The notes under the pieces were generated by a model, which was not told where the DNA came from, did not search any database, and was given only the letters and a program-made list of their open reading frames with translations. A stretch of 64,000 nucleotides of DNA from Blastocatellia bacterium (lineage in GTDB: Bacteria > Acidobacteriota > Blastocatellia > UBA7656). A program made the position numbers and the translations under genes. The stretch is taken from NCBI GenBank assembly GCA_963765495.1, contig CAVXWP010000008.1, positions 800,001 to 864,000 on the forward strand, given 5' to 3'. The stretch's first letter is position 1. Each line of letters starts with the position of its first letter. Below are positions 31,558 to 42,007 of the stretch, piece by piece.

Positions 31558-32109
31558 ATGTTAATCACCTGCATAAAACCAAACCTCTCCCGGAACCAGG
31601 CAAATGAAAAATTTAAGAAGCCTGCCCGGCAATTGAGGCGCGGGGGATTATCGGTTTCACTCGAGTTTTATATTCCGTACCGCCTCTTTCAAGTTACGAT
31701 CAAAAACGGGGGCCATAGCGCCAACAGGTTTGTAGCTATAGATTCCGTGACCGGACAACTCGATCTTTACGGTTTCGATTGTCCCCCGGCTCAGGCTGAT
31801 CGCCAGACGATTGAGAGCGAACAGGTTCTACCAGCCAGGATAAACGAAGAAACCGCTTTTGAAATCGTGGAAGAAAAGATGAAGCGTGAAATGTATCTGA
31901 AGGGCTTCTTCAAGATAAAGGGGCTCGAAGTGACGGGCCGCTTCCTCGAAACATTTTATCTGCCTTACTATGTAGGACTGTACAAACGCAATGAACGGGT
32001 GGGAATCGAGGTCCTCAACGCGCTCAGGGGGCAATTTGAAGGGGCAAAGGTGCGCGAGGTCATTAGCGAATGGTTTCTGTCTTCGCGCAAATCTGAAAGT
32101 GATGCGTGA
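31558..32109 (+). CDS. Hypothetical protein
   Basis: 183-aa ORF with duplicated FYIPY/FYLPY elements; no function assigned. Confidence 0.7.
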   Translation: MLITCIKPNLSRNQANEKFKKPARQLRRGGLSVSLEFYIPYRLFQVTIKNGGHSANRFVAIDSVTGQLDLYGFDCPPAQADRQTIESEQVLPARINEETAFEIVEEKMKREMYLKGFFKIKGLEVTGRFLETFYLPYYVGLYKRNERVGIEVLNALRGQFEGAKVREVISEWFLSSRKSESDA

Positions 32110-32187
32110 TTCGTGATGAGTAACTTCGAGGCGTATTGTTTGTAACGAGCATGCTCCATATTTCACGAATCACGCATCGCGCATCAC
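32099..32187. repeat. Heptamer-armed repeat (diverged copy)
   Basis: GTGATGC GTGATTC GTGATGA ... TCACGAA TCACGCA TCGCGCA TCAC between convergent genes. Confidence 0.65.
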
Positions 32188-32223
32188 CATGGCCATTCAT
32201 CTCGGCTTCTTGCATGCGTCGAA

Positions 32224-32673
32224 TTAGAACCTCTTGGCCAGAAGATTGGCGACCCTGTTAAGCAGTCGCTCATCTTCATCAGAAAAGATATTCTCACGGT
32301 CGCTGTCAATATCAATCTGGCCGAATATCTCTTCTCCCCGTCTGATGAGGACGACTATCTCTGCGCGGGTCTCAAGACTGCAAGCAAGATAGTTTTCGAG
32401 TTCTCTGACATCGCCTATGATCTGATTGGCGCGCTCGGCCACTGCCGTGCCGCATACCCCCGTGCCTACTGCGATGCGGGTGTGATCGGTCGGCTTGCCG
32501 ATGTAGTTATGCAAAACGAGAGTATCGTCTTCGAGCAGGTAGATGCCAACCCAGTCATAGTGATCGCGCTCTTTTTTCAGGATGCTGACCGCATCTCGCA
32601 AGACATCATCGCGCGAGCCGTCGCTTTCCACGACCTGCTCAATTTTGTCAACTATCTGCTCTTCTGTCGCCAT
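32224..32673 (-). CDS. Stand-alone GAF protein (MsrC/YebR-like)
   Basis: YDWVGIY, GTGVCGTA, NYLACS..EIVV..GQIDIDS. Confidence 0.88.
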   Translation of the reverse strand: MATEEQIVDKIEQVVESDGSRDDVLRDAVSILKKERDHYDWVGIYLLEDDTLVLHNYIGKPTDHTRIAVGTGVCGTAVAERANQIIGDVRELENYLACSLETRAEIVVLIRRGEEIFGQIDIDSDRENIFSDEDERLLNRVANLLAKRF

Positions 32674-32857
32674 CTTTTTACCTCTCAAACGAAAATTGAC
32701 TCAATTCGAGGATATTGACAGGGCGAGAGTATTGCAAGGCGCGTTGACTGCAAGCCTCTCAGACGGAATAATAGAAGCTTCGGTTTGATTCGCGCGCGGG
32801 AAATAGAGCGATGGACGCCAATATCAAGCTGATTCTAATGAGAGAGGAGATTTCTGT

Positions 32858-33244
32858 ATGTCGCAATTAACGGATAAATATGGTGATGTTTACATCCTGG
32901 CTGAAAAGCTTGGATGCACGAATCTGAATGCCAGCGAGGAAAACGGTCACATGACGATCAGCGGGAACTGCCCTACAAAGTATGTGGCCAATCAGGTGTG
33001 GGACAAGGCCAAGGAGATTGACCCCGGCCTCGACGACGGCGACCTGACGCTGAATCTTTCCGCCGAGCGATCAGACATCTACGGCGAATACGAAGTCAAA
33101 TCCGGGGACACGCTTTCGGGCATAGCTCAGAAAGTCACTCAAGGTAAACTCAGTTATCAACAGATATTCGAGGCTAACCGTGATGTGCTTTCCGACCCAA
33201 ACAAGATACAACCCGGCCAGAAGCTCAAAATTCCCAACCACTGA
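32858..33244 (+). CDS. LysM domain protein (Kbp-like architecture)
   Basis: YEVKSGDTLSGIA..IFEANRDVLSDPNKIQPGQKLKIP. Confidence 0.88.
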   Translation: MSQLTDKYGDVYILAEKLGCTNLNASEENGHMTISGNCPTKYVANQVWDKAKEIDPGLDDGDLTLNLSAERSDIYGEYEVKSGDTLSGIAQKVTQGKLSYQQIFEANRDVLSDPNKIQPGQKLKIPNH

Positions 33245-33279
33245 TCTGCAAACCTCTGAATCACCGGGAGGGCAGTTGC

Positions 33280-34164
33280 GTGTCTCGCGCTGCCCTTCCC
33301 CATAAACCATCAAGGATGATCGAAACAATCGCCACAGTAGAAAGCAACCTGGAGATCACCCCGGGTTATCGGCTTCTTTTATTGGGCTTTGATGAAGATA
33401 TTCATGCGCGCGCAGGTCAGTTCGCCATGCTGCGGGCGCGGGCGGGATTTGAACCGCTTCTGAGGCGGGCTCTGGCCGTTTATAGAGTTTACGGGCCTCG
33501 ACGATTGAGCTTTCTTTATCAGGTGCTTGGTCGGGGGACAGAGGCGCTGTCGCTTGCCGGACCGGATAGCAGGGTCGAGGCTCTTGCGCCGCTCGGCAAT
33601 AGCTGGCCGCTGGGAGAAGCGGGTGCATCGGTCCGGGGTGAGAGCCCCCCCTCCGGTCGCGCAATCGTGGTAGCAGGCGGTATCGGTTCGGCCTCCGTTC
33701 TCATGCTCTGTGAAGAACTGGAAAAGAGAGCGCGCGACACACAGGTCTTCTTTGGCGCGGCAAATGAGCGTGTAGCAGAAGGCTGCGGGCTTGCGGATTT
33801 TCGCGCGCTCAAACTTCCGCTTACTATTACTACTGATGACGGCAGCCTCGGCGAACGCGGATTTGTTACGGCTCCGCTCGAGCGGTACCTGCGCGAAGGC
33901 GGCGGAAAAGACGCTACTGTTTACGCCTGCGGCCCCTGGGTGATGATGAGACGCGTGGCCGAAATAGCCAAAGGATTCGGTGTGAGTTGTCTGGTATCGC
34001 TTGAGGCTCCGATGGGCTGCGGTTTTGGAGTGTGCGTGGGCTGCGTGGTTGCGGTAAAGACCGAAGGACCGCTCGGCTATGGCTCTTACAGGCGCGTCTG
34101 CATAGACGGCTCAATCTTTCCCGCTGAGAAGATCAGTTGGGAGATCAATGCGATGGCGCATTGA
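33280..34164 (+). CDS. pyrK: Dihydroorotate dehydrogenase electron transfer subunit
   Basis: GQFAML, LLRR, AGGIG, CGP, MGCGFGVCVGC..RVCIDG 2Fe-2S motif; adjacent to pyrD. Confidence 0.93.
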   Translation: MSRAALPHKPSRMIETIATVESNLEITPGYRLLLLGFDEDIHARAGQFAMLRARAGFEPLLRRALAVYRVYGPRRLSFLYQVLGRGTEALSLAGPDSRVEALAPLGNSWPLGEAGASVRGESPPSGRAIVVAGGIGSASVLMLCEELEKRARDTQVFFGAANERVAEGCGLADFRALKLPLTITTDDGSLGERGFVTAPLERYLREGGGKDATVYACGPWVMMRRVAEIAKGFGVSCLVSLEAPMGCGFGVCVGCVVAVKTEGPLGYGSYRRVCIDGSIFPAEKISWEINAMAH

Positions 34165-34179
34165 TCTGCGAATCAAAAT

Positions 34180-35106
34180 ATGACTGGTCACGACCCGCGA
34201 CTTGCGGTAGAAATAGCCGGTATTCGTTTCAACAATCCCGTCATGGGCGCGTCGGGTACGTTTGGCTATGGTCTGGAATTCGCCGATTTTATCGACCTCA
34301 ACCGGCTCGGCGGATTCTCTACCAAGGGGCTGTCGGCCCGTCCTCTGCCCGGTAATCCTCCCCCTCGCATAGTCGAAACACACGGCGGGATGCTAAACGC
34401 CATCGGCCTGCAAAACATCGGCGCTCGCGCCTTCGTTGAAGAAAAACTCCCTCTGCTCAAAGGATATGATACGCGAATAATCGCCAACGTCTTCGGCTAC
34501 TCGGATGAGGATTATCTGGAGGCTATCGCGATGCTCAACGACGGCGAAGGTATCAGCGCATACGAGTTGAACATCTCTTGCCCGAATGTCAAGGAAGGCG
34601 GCATTGTAATCGGGAACTCGCCTCTGGCTGCCGCTCGGCTCACCGAAAAAGCCCGCCGCGCATCCCTGCGGCCCCTGATAGTAAAACTCTCACCCAATGT
34701 TACAGATATTACCGAGCTTGCCCGCGCCATTGCATCGGCAGGCGCTGATTCGCTTTCGCTTATCAACACTCTGATCGGGATGTCTGTAGACGTTTTCACC
34801 CGGCGACCGAGATTGAGTTATGGGACAGGGGGTCTTTCAGGGCCTGCCGTCCGTCCGATAGCCGTCCGCATGGTTTACGAAGTCCGTAACGCGGTTGACA
34901 TACCGCTAATCGGAATCGGAGGTATTCAATCCGCGATGGATGCGCTGGAGTTTATCATCGCAGGGGCGACGGCCATACAGATAGGGACGGCAAATTATTA
35001 TGACCCACGCGTGACGATGAAGGTGATAGAAGGTCTGTCGCAATATTGCGACAAGATGAAGGTAGAGAATATAGGGACACTTTGCGGTTCGCTCGTAAGA
35101 GGGTAA
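34180..35106 (+). CDS. pyrD: Dihydroorotate dehydrogenase type 1B catalytic subunit
   Basis: [42 protein letters not shown]. Confidence 0.97.
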   Translation: MTGHDPRLAVEIAGIRFNNPVMGASGTFGYGLEFADFIDLNRLGGFSTKGLSARPLPGNPPPRIVETHGGMLNAIGLQNIGARAFVEEKLPLLKGYDTRIIANVFGYSDEDYLEAIAMLNDGEGISAYELNISCPNVKEGGIVIGNSPLAAARLTEKARRASLRPLIVKLSPNVTDITELARAIASAGADSLSLINTLIGMSVDVFTRRPRLSYGTGGLSGPAVRPIAVRMVYEVRNAVDIPLIGIGGIQSAMDALEFIIAGATAIQIGTANYYDPRVTMKVIEGLSQYCDKMKVENIGTLCGSLVRG

Positions 35107-35212
35107 GAAGGAAAGGGTCAGTTGATTCTCAGAAAAGGTATTGGGCACTTTGCGTATTTGCGGCTTTGCGCGTACTTATTTCTCGCGGAGACGCAAAGCA
35201 TGTAAAGATCAG

Positions 35213-37981
35213 TCAAAGGCGTTCCAACGAAAAATCGTCAAACCACAACCGTCCAAACGCCCTGCACAGGGCCGCCTTGCAGTCTTGCCGTATGATAGCG
35301 ATTCTCACTGCATTTGTGGTTTCACCTGTTTTGAACTCCAGAGTGTAATCTTCCCACCCGATTGTGCCCTGTGGCATCTGTGGTGACTGCCCAAGGGTTT
35401 TCTCTCCGTTCGCCGCGTCTGTTACGGTGACATAGATCGAGCCGCCTATCACTACATCCTGGCAGCGCGCTGCGAATTTCAGCCTGTATTTGGTCCCCGG
35501 CTCCACAAGCACAAGTTGCGAAACCAGAGGAATCGAAAGCGGCGAATCACCATCAAATTCAAGGCGAAGGCTGCGAGCCCCGCCGTGAGGGGCAAGCGCA
35601 TCTTGAACGGCTCGGAAGGCCCCGAGGTTTTCACCTATCTGCCAATCGAATCCAGACTTTTCAAATCTGGTTCTGCCTTCAAAACCGGCTTCGGAGATGC
35701 GGGCGATGCCTGATTGCCTCTCGCCTTGTTTTGCGCCCTGCAAGGTCTGCCAGACCTCATAAGCTTCGTTAAACCTCCTGGCAGAAAGAAGCGCGGCAAG
35801 CAGATTGCGCCGATCTTCTATGGTTTCAGTTTCAGTGAGGTTAAACAGTTCAAATGCTTCAGCGGTCTTCTCGTGTGTGAGGAAGGAACGGGCCAGCGCC
35901 AGTCGGGCTGCTTCCGTCTGAGGCTGTATCGCCCGCAGGATTGCCTGAGCATCGCCGCCGAAAATATCCCAGGCAAACCCTATGATCGGCGGAAACAGAT
36001 CGGGGTCACTTGCCGATGCAAGGCGAAGCTCTGAGAAGGCCTGATCATACTGCCCTGTGCTGAGCAGCAACATCCCGTATTCCCATCTGGGTTGTCCAAA
36101 GTAAGGCGCAAGGCGCGCGGCTTCGATAAAGGCTGTGGTTGCCTGGTCAAAATCTCCCTGTTGCATTCGAGCCAGTCCCAAACTCGACCACAATTGATAA
36201 TCGTGCGGTCGCAGGGCTACAGCCTGCCTGTATTCTTCGACCGCTTCGGTGAGCATGTCTTGATTCAAAAAAGCTATTGCGCGGGCGCGGTGTGCCAGAG
36301 GGTCTGTCGGGGCCAGGGCGACGGCTCGATTGGCGGCCTCAAGCGAGCCTTCCTCCACGGCGTGGTATGACCATCGGCGCGATTGTCCTTCACGCCAGAC
36401 GATCCAGATACAAAAAAGGCAGATAAACAATCCGACAGCCGCCGCCGCGTAGCGAACAGGACCGGGGTTCGATTCAGGTTGAAGAGCCGTGTCTGCGCCA
36501 TCTGCCGGGGATGAAACTTTTTGACCGCTGTCGCTCTGGATATTCACGGTGGCGATTACGATCAAAGCAACAAAGACAAAGCCGTTTGCAAGATTATGAA
36601 GTCCGAAATCAAAGATACTGTGAATGGCTGTACCTACGATCCCTGCCAGAGCGCCATAACAGGCCGCGCGGCGAAATGTGCTTCTGGATTGCAAGGTCTT
36701 TCGCGCTCGACTAACAAATAGAACTGCGAACCACAATCCAAGACCGATGCCTATCACCCCTCCACTTGCAAACATCTCCAGATAATCATTATGGGCTTCC
36801 TGCGGTACCACCTTTCCCGAGGCATCGAAATACTCTGTAATGGCGATCCCGAAACTTCCAAAGCCCGAACCTGCAACCGGATTGGCTTTTATCAAATTCC
36901 AGGTTGTGCGCCAGTAATCAAGGCGGCTCTTATAGTTTCGATTCTCGATTCTGTCTGAACTTACTTCACCGGGCAAAGTCTTCAGACGTTCGACCACAGG
37001 GTCGCCTCCCATCCAGATGATAGTAAGAAAGGTGGCCAGCATTAGCAGGGAAATAAGCGCAGCACGCACAAGTATCGACCGGCTGAGGCGAACAAACAAC
37101 CCGGCCAGCCCGGTCGGGCTATCCGCAACATTGCGCCGGGAATGAACAAAACTAAAGAGTAAGGTGATGAATAAGAGTTGTCCGAGAAGGCTCAGAATGC
37201 CGCCGCGCGAGTTTGACAGCACAAGGGCTAACCAGATTACCGCTCCCGAATAGATATAGATAAAAAGGCTGCGGCCTCGATTGCGCTTTTCGCCTTTCCC
37301 TGCGATCAGACCTAGCGCAAGGCCAAGCCCCATCTCCATCAGAAACGCAAAATGATTCCGGTTGATGAACTGACCATACCCCTCAGAAGGCTGAAGTGCG
37401 GGCAGCAAAAAACCCTGTGTCTTGCTGTGACCAAGCTGCCGCACTATGCCAAAAACGGCGCTTAAGAGACATACTCCCAGGACCGTCAAGATCAGCGCGC
37501 GTAATCTTAACCGATTCGTCGTGTAGCGGAACAATATCCCCAGGGCGAGAATCAAGGCAAAAAGATGAAAGGCAACCAGACGTGTTTCATACGCGTTCAA
37601 GCTCAGCGTGCGCAGGCTTTCTATTCCCTGGGTTTCAATACTTCCAAACGGGATAGTTTGAGCAAAGACGAAGACAAGAAGAAGAATAAGCGGAAGCAGC
37701 AGACGAAGGTGTTTCGCTTCCCGTCTCGCGCTGAGAAGCCATTCAATCCCTGAGAGCGCCGCAAGCGCAAAGATCGCGCATTCAAATGACGCCTTCCACC
37801 ATTCTTCGGCCGAGCCATAAGGAGCGGCGACAAGAGGCATAAGCGCGAGCATTGAGAAAAAAACTATCCGGTCCAGCAAACGCGCCGCTCGAAACGGGAG
37901 CGGCGCGTTGCCGTCTTTCTTGCCGGACGGCAATCTCCTTTCATTGCTCGCAACAGCTATGTTTACTTCCTCAATTGCCAA
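35213..37981 (-). CDS. O-antigen ligase/O-oligosaccharyltransferase-like protein fused to TPR and a carbohydrate-binding-like domain
   Basis: About 12 TM segments, FINRNHFA, SNSRGG, AHNDYLE (Wzy_C), TPR repeats, C-terminal CBM4/9-like beta domain (GFE..FDW..WFDDFSL). Confidence 0.85.
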   Translation of the reverse strand: MAIEEVNIAVASNERRLPSGKKDGNAPLPFRAARLLDRIVFFSMLALMPLVAAPYGSAEEWWKASFECAIFALAALSGIEWLLSARREAKHLRLLLPLILLLVFVFAQTIPFGSIETQGIESLRTLSLNAYETRLVAFHLFALILALGILFRYTTNRLRLRALILTVLGVCLLSAVFGIVRQLGHSKTQGFLLPALQPSEGYGQFINRNHFAFLMEMGLGLALGLIAGKGEKRNRGRSLFIYIYSGAVIWLALVLSNSRGGILSLLGQLLFITLLFSFVHSRRNVADSPTGLAGLFVRLSRSILVRAALISLLMLATFLTIIWMGGDPVVERLKTLPGEVSSDRIENRNYKSRLDYWRTTWNLIKANPVAGSGFGSFGIAITEYFDASGKVVPQEAHNDYLEMFASGGVIGIGLGLWFAVLFVSRARKTLQSRSTFRRAACYGALAGIVGTAIHSIFDFGLHNLANGFVFVALIVIATVNIQSDSGQKVSSPADGADTALQPESNPGPVRYAAAAVGLFICLFCIWIVWREGQSRRWSYHAVEEGSLEAANRAVALAPTDPLAHRARAIAFLNQDMLTEAVEEYRQAVALRPHDYQLWSSLGLARMQQGDFDQATTAFIEAARLAPYFGQPRWEYGMLLLSTGQYDQAFSELRLASASDPDLFPPIIGFAWDIFGGDAQAILRAIQPQTEAARLALARSFLTHEKTAEAFELFNLTETETIEDRRNLLAALLSARRFNEAYEVWQTLQGAKQGERQSGIARISEAGFEGRTRFEKSGFDWQIGENLGAFRAVQDALAPHGGARSLRLEFDGDSPLSIPLVSQLVLVEPGTKYRLKFAARCQDVVIGGSIYVTVTDAANGEKTLGQSPQMPQGTIGWEDYTLEFKTGETTNAVRIAIIRQDCKAALCRAFGRLWFDDFSLERL

Positions 37982-38351
37982 GGCGCATTCTAAAATTCGG
38001 AGGTTTCTTTGATTTTTTTTGCGCGAAGTAGGTCGTTGTTAAACAAGAAAGACACAAAGAACCTCAAAGCCCTTATGGCTTCCATTAAGGTTTCTTTGTG
38101 TCCTTCATTTTCAGCCCTGCCTGTTTAACAGAGCAATCAATCGTGAGTCGCTACGAATTGCCTCCCGTCACTGACTATCTGACGCGGTCGTGTACAAATC
38201 GCAGCGCCGGATTTATCAAAAATCTGCAGGGGCCGCACCGGACAATAATCCATGAACTATGTATACTGCGCTGTCCGAAGCAAACTCTCCCAATCCGGGC
38301 ATTTAATATTCGAATCTGATTACAGATGCCTGCCCTGTCAGATTAATGATG

Positions 38352-38726
38352 CTATCTGGGAACGGTCATAGACGGATTCCCCGGAGTGCATGTGCATCTG
38401 AATGTGGCAAAGCCGCAAGTTTGACCACCACTAATAGATGTATTGCACGTACCTGAATCGCATGTCGGCGAGCAGTTAGGTGCGCATCTGTTTTGGGCAA
38501 TCGTCATCGCGTTTATCCTGGCCTGAGTGCATGCCGCAGCGGCAGTACTGGAACAGGCCACACCGTTGGCTATAAATTGGTTGGGACAGGTTACAGCTTT
38601 AGCACGCCCAGGCAATGCAAGAGTCACAGCGCTACCGGCAACTGCGCCGAACATCAATTTGAGCGCCTGCCGCCTTGGAACCTGACTCGCTACGATACGA
38701 GATATTTTATCAAACAGCTCGGCCAT
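38352..38726 (-). CDS. Small Cys-rich secreted protein with twin-arginine-like leader
   Basis: VPRRQALK + hydrophobic core + AKA cleavage site; ~80-aa mature part has 10 Cys; start overlaps the upstream redoxin stop. Confidence 0.8.
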   Translation of the reverse strand: MAELFDKISRIVASQVPRRQALKLMFGAVAGSAVTLALPGRAKAVTCPNQFIANGVACSSTAAAACTQARINAMTIAQNRCAPNCSPTCDSGTCNTSISGGQTCGFATFRCTCTPGNPSMTVPR

Positions 38727-39834
38727 TAACTTTCTCCTTTCCTACAGCCAGTCCTTCTCGAGCCAGCATTAAAATTTCCGCTGCCCCGGTTGCAACATCC
38801 CTTGCCAATATACCGTCTTCATTAATCAGAAAGGCGACGGGAGTGGCGAATATACCATACTCTTTTGACAACTTCCACTTTTGTTGAACAACAACAGGAA
38901 AATCAAAATGAAATTTTTCTGCCTTCTGCCGGTTCTGCTCCAGGTCGCCGCGCCCAACCATGACGATGACCATAGAGCTATCGCGCCGTTGAGCATATAG
39001 GCGAACCAGATCGGGCGCAAGCTGATCGCACGGGCCGCAATTCGGATCAGAAAAAACCAGTAACACACGCTTCCCCTTAAACTGTTCGAGAGTGACAGTG
39101 CCACCATCCAGATCAGGCAGTTCAAACCCGGGGGCGATTGTTCCAGCCTTGAGCCCGCTTCGCTCGATACGGCTCTCTTCGAGTGGGCGAAAACCCTTCA
39201 ACCCCTTCTTGTCGGATTTGCCCGAGGCCGCTTCGCGCGCCAGGTTCAAAACCTCGTCAGACCCTATCGCCAGAGGGCGGGATATCCTCCCCTTTTCATC
39301 GAGCAGATAGGCAACCGGAGTACCCAACTCCTGAAATGAACCGAGCGACTCAGACTCATCCATAAGGAGAATTGGACATTCAAGACCGTACTCTTCGGCA
39401 AATGAGCGATTTGAGGCCGCATCCTGATAACTCACCATCAACATCTGCACTTTGCGGTCGCTCAAAGCCGGTTGTAATTGAGCCAAATCCGGCCCAATCA
39501 GATCGCAAAATCCGCAAACGGGACTCCAGTGAATCAGCAGTACCTGTTTGCCTAGAAACCCCTCGAGCGACACCATCCTTCCGTCGAGATCAGGAAACTC
39601 AAAAGGGGTAAAACTTGTTCCTATCTCCAACCCCGATCTGGCGGATGACATACCCTCTAGCTGAACATTCGCAGTAAAGATGCCGGTATTTCCCTGTCCA
39701 AGCCTTTGCTCTATCTCATCTAAACGGAGCAATATCCGCCCCTGCTGCTTGATCATCTGGTAGAAAACAACCCACAGGCTCAATAAAATAAGCCCCAATA
39801 TAGCTACGCCGATTGCTAAAAGCCCCACATCCAT
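38710..39834 (-). CDS. Membrane-anchored tandem thioredoxin-fold (TlpA/MauD-like) oxidoreductase
   Basis: N-terminal TM; two redoxin domains with CGFC and CGPC, each followed by a cis-Pro TP motif. Confidence 0.88.
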   Translation of the reverse strand: MDVGLLAIGVAILGLILLSLWVVFYQMIKQQGRILLRLDEIEQRLGQGNTGIFTANVQLEGMSSARSGLEIGTSFTPFEFPDLDGRMVSLEGFLGKQVLLIHWSPVCGFCDLIGPDLAQLQPALSDRKVQMLMVSYQDAASNRSFAEEYGLECPILLMDESESLGSFQELGTPVAYLLDEKGRISRPLAIGSDEVLNLAREAASGKSDKKGLKGFRPLEESRIERSGLKAGTIAPGFELPDLDGGTVTLEQFKGKRVLLVFSDPNCGPCDQLAPDLVRLYAQRRDSSMVIVMVGRGDLEQNRQKAEKFHFDFPVVVQQKWKLSKEYGIFATPVAFLINEDGILARDVATGAAEILMLAREGLAVGKEKVNGRAV

Positions 39835-40259
39835 GCCAGATCATTTTCCCTAAATAAAGATTGTCTGCTAACCCGGATTACCGCCCATCCAAACAATTCG
39901 ACCAGTCAATCAATGATTCGCTTGCCTTTACGACCCGGCCTGAAATGACCTTGAATCATTCAACGGCCAAAAAATTAGATATTAATACTTGGAAAAATCC
40001 CGGATTTGACCCAACGACTAAATGAAACCCACTATGACGCGTCTCGGATTATACCATTCTGTATTACCATTACAACCAGTTTTTGCTCCATTGCAGGAAA
40101 TTGCTTAATCTTTTTTTCCGGCATTTTAACTCCCGTAAGCCTTCCTCATTAAAACTTCCCTCAGCACTCGCAAGAAATGTTGAAACGCTTTGTTTAAAGC
40201 ATTTACTACTCTCTCTGCAATGCAACATTAAAAAATCTGCATATTTTTATAAAAAATAC

Positions 40260-40288
40260 TTGACAGAAAAACACTCAGATTTTATCAT
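40260..40288 (+). promoter_or_regulatory. sigma70 promoter of hsp20
   Basis: TTGACA-N17-TATCAT within an AT-rich intergenic region. Confidence 0.6.
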
Positions 40289-40391
40289 AAATCATCATAC
40301 GATAATGACAGCCAGTGAGAGTGAGATTAAACCGAGGTTATTCTCAAGGCCTGGCATAGAAGAGAAATTTCTTTGATAGGAGGAAAAGATC

Positions 40392-40877
40392 ATGGCAGTA
40401 GCTGGAATACAGAGATCTCCAATGCGAGGTTATCGCAGTCTGAGAGGCATAGACCCTTTTCGGGAATTGTTCGACCTGCAACGAAACATCAATGAGTTAT
40501 TCGAGGGAAGCCTTGGAAAGACAACCGGGGAGAGCACGGCTCTAAATACCTGGACCCCGTCAGTAGACATATACGAGGATGAGAATTCATTTCTGATCAA
40601 GGTTGATCTGCCGGAGATCAACAAAGAGGATGTCAAGGTCAATCTCGATAATAACGTGCTGTCGATATCAGGCGAGCGAAGGCTGGAAAACGAAGACCGG
40701 CGCGAAGGCTATCACCGCGTTGAGCGCGTTTACGGCCAGTTCTATAGATCGTTCACTCTGCCGTCAAATGTCAATATTGAGTCGATAAACGCGGCGTTCA
40801 AGGATGGAGTGCTCCGTCTGAGGCTCCCAAAGAAAGAAGAAGCAAAACCGAAGCAGATCGAAGTCACAGTTGACTGA
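40392..40877 (+). CDS. Hsp20/alpha-crystallin small heat shock protein
   Basis: WTPSVDIYE, DLP, ER.YG.F.RSF.LP, FKDGVL.L.LPK; AGGAGG SD. Confidence 0.97.
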   Translation: MAVAGIQRSPMRGYRSLRGIDPFRELFDLQRNINELFEGSLGKTTGESTALNTWTPSVDIYEDENSFLIKVDLPEINKEDVKVNLDNNVLSISGERRLENEDRREGYHRVERVYGQFYRSFTLPSNVNIESINAAFKDGVLRLRLPKKEEAKPKQIEVTVD

Positions 40878-40926
40878 CGCGGTCTAAATCATTCAGATCG
40901 AAAAGTTTTCTCCCTCTTTGCGAATC

Positions 40927-40964
40927 AAGCCGCAGCGGACACATATGCGCTGCGGCTTTTCTTT
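40927..40964 (+). terminator. Intrinsic terminator after hsp20
   Basis: AAGCCGCAGCG-loop-CGCTGCGGCTT followed by TTCTTT. Confidence 0.8.
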
Positions 40965-41343
40965 ACAGGGCCTTACAATTCTCATATTGATCTGCTGCTG
41001 AGATCACAGGAAACCACCTATTGCTTTCAGGAAAAGCCTGGCGTCCTTTGAGTGCTTAGGGTACGCGGGCGGGTTTGCGAGAAACAGGTTCCAAAGCCGC
41101 TTAGCAGGCCAAGTATTTTTATCGAGTAATCAGTGATTGGCTCTGATCTCGGGAATATCAATCTGAGAATAGAATGAGACGTAAATGGCGGGCGATTTTA
41201 GTCTCTGCAATCGGGTGGTTTTCAACTTGTCAACCACATCCAACCTGTGTAAATGTAAGAGCAGACTCAGCCCGGTATTGCAGGTGTACTTATTCCCCCA
41301 CGGGCAATCGGTATTATTGATATTTGTTTGAAGATTCCGGCAG

Positions 41344-41754
41344 ATGGGAGTATGTTCTATGCCCCCGAAAGGCAAAGATCAAAGCATAAGGAGCGACATG
41401 AAAAGTTCTGCGCAACTCGAGCGACGGCGGTTCGAGCGAGCGCCAATGACGGCGCAGGTCGAATACGAGCTTACAAACAGCAGCAGCGGCCCCTCTCGCG
41501 TTAGAAGGAACATGGCCAATATAAGCACCGGCGGACTGTTTATTTCCACAGACGAGCCTATTCGCGCAGGAACCCGCATGGTCGTGCGGTTTGAATTGCC
41601 CAACAAGCACAGGGTTATCGCCGTTTCGCGGGTCTGTTACACAAAAAAAGGGCAGGGGCTTGGCGTGGAGTTTTTGAGCCTAGATGATGAAGATCGCGAA
41701 GAGATTGAGACATATATTGCCATCCTTGCCGCAAAATCATTCTCGGGAATTTGA
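41344..41754 (+). CDS. PilZ domain protein
   Basis: ERRRFER (RxxxR) and NISTGG (D/NxSxxG) c-di-GMP motifs, GLGVEF; exact start uncertain. Confidence 0.88.
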   Translation: MGVCSMPPKGKDQSIRSDMKSSAQLERRRFERAPMTAQVEYELTNSSSGPSRVRRNMANISTGGLFISTDEPIRAGTRMVVRFELPNKHRVIAVSRVCYTKKGQGLGVEFLSLDDEDREEIETYIAILAAKSFSGI

Positions 41755-41814
41755 CATCCAATGCATCAGATTTTTCAGGATGTGGCTCTTATTCGGTCAT
41801 CTTGAAAGATGGTC

Positions 41815-41842
41815 TTGTAAATCACATGCCCTGTGCTATAAT
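41815..41842 (+). promoter_or_regulatory. sigma70 promoter upstream of the SPOR-amidase-actin operon
   Basis: TTGTAA-N16-TATAAT with an extended TG. Confidence 0.6.
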
Positions 41843-42007
41843 CGAACCGCCTAAGCTTCTGCCCCCCGTAAAAGGTGCCTTTTCAAGGACATCGATTGAA
41901 AACTCAGAAGATTGACCGGCTTGAAAAACGCTTGTGCCGTCTTCAGACCGGGCGCAGTAGCTTTCCATTGGATTTGACATTAAGTCACAGGTCAGAAGGG
42001 TACAGAC

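Noticed and set aside
38352-38726. Methylamine dehydrogenase light chain (MauA)
   Set aside because: No Trp residues for TTQ, and no mauB, mauE or mauG nearby.
40155-40335. CIRCE/HrcA operator upstream of hsp20
   Set aside because: Only a half-site (TCAGCACTC) and weak partial matches; no TTAGCACTC-N9-GAGTGCTAA inverted repeat.
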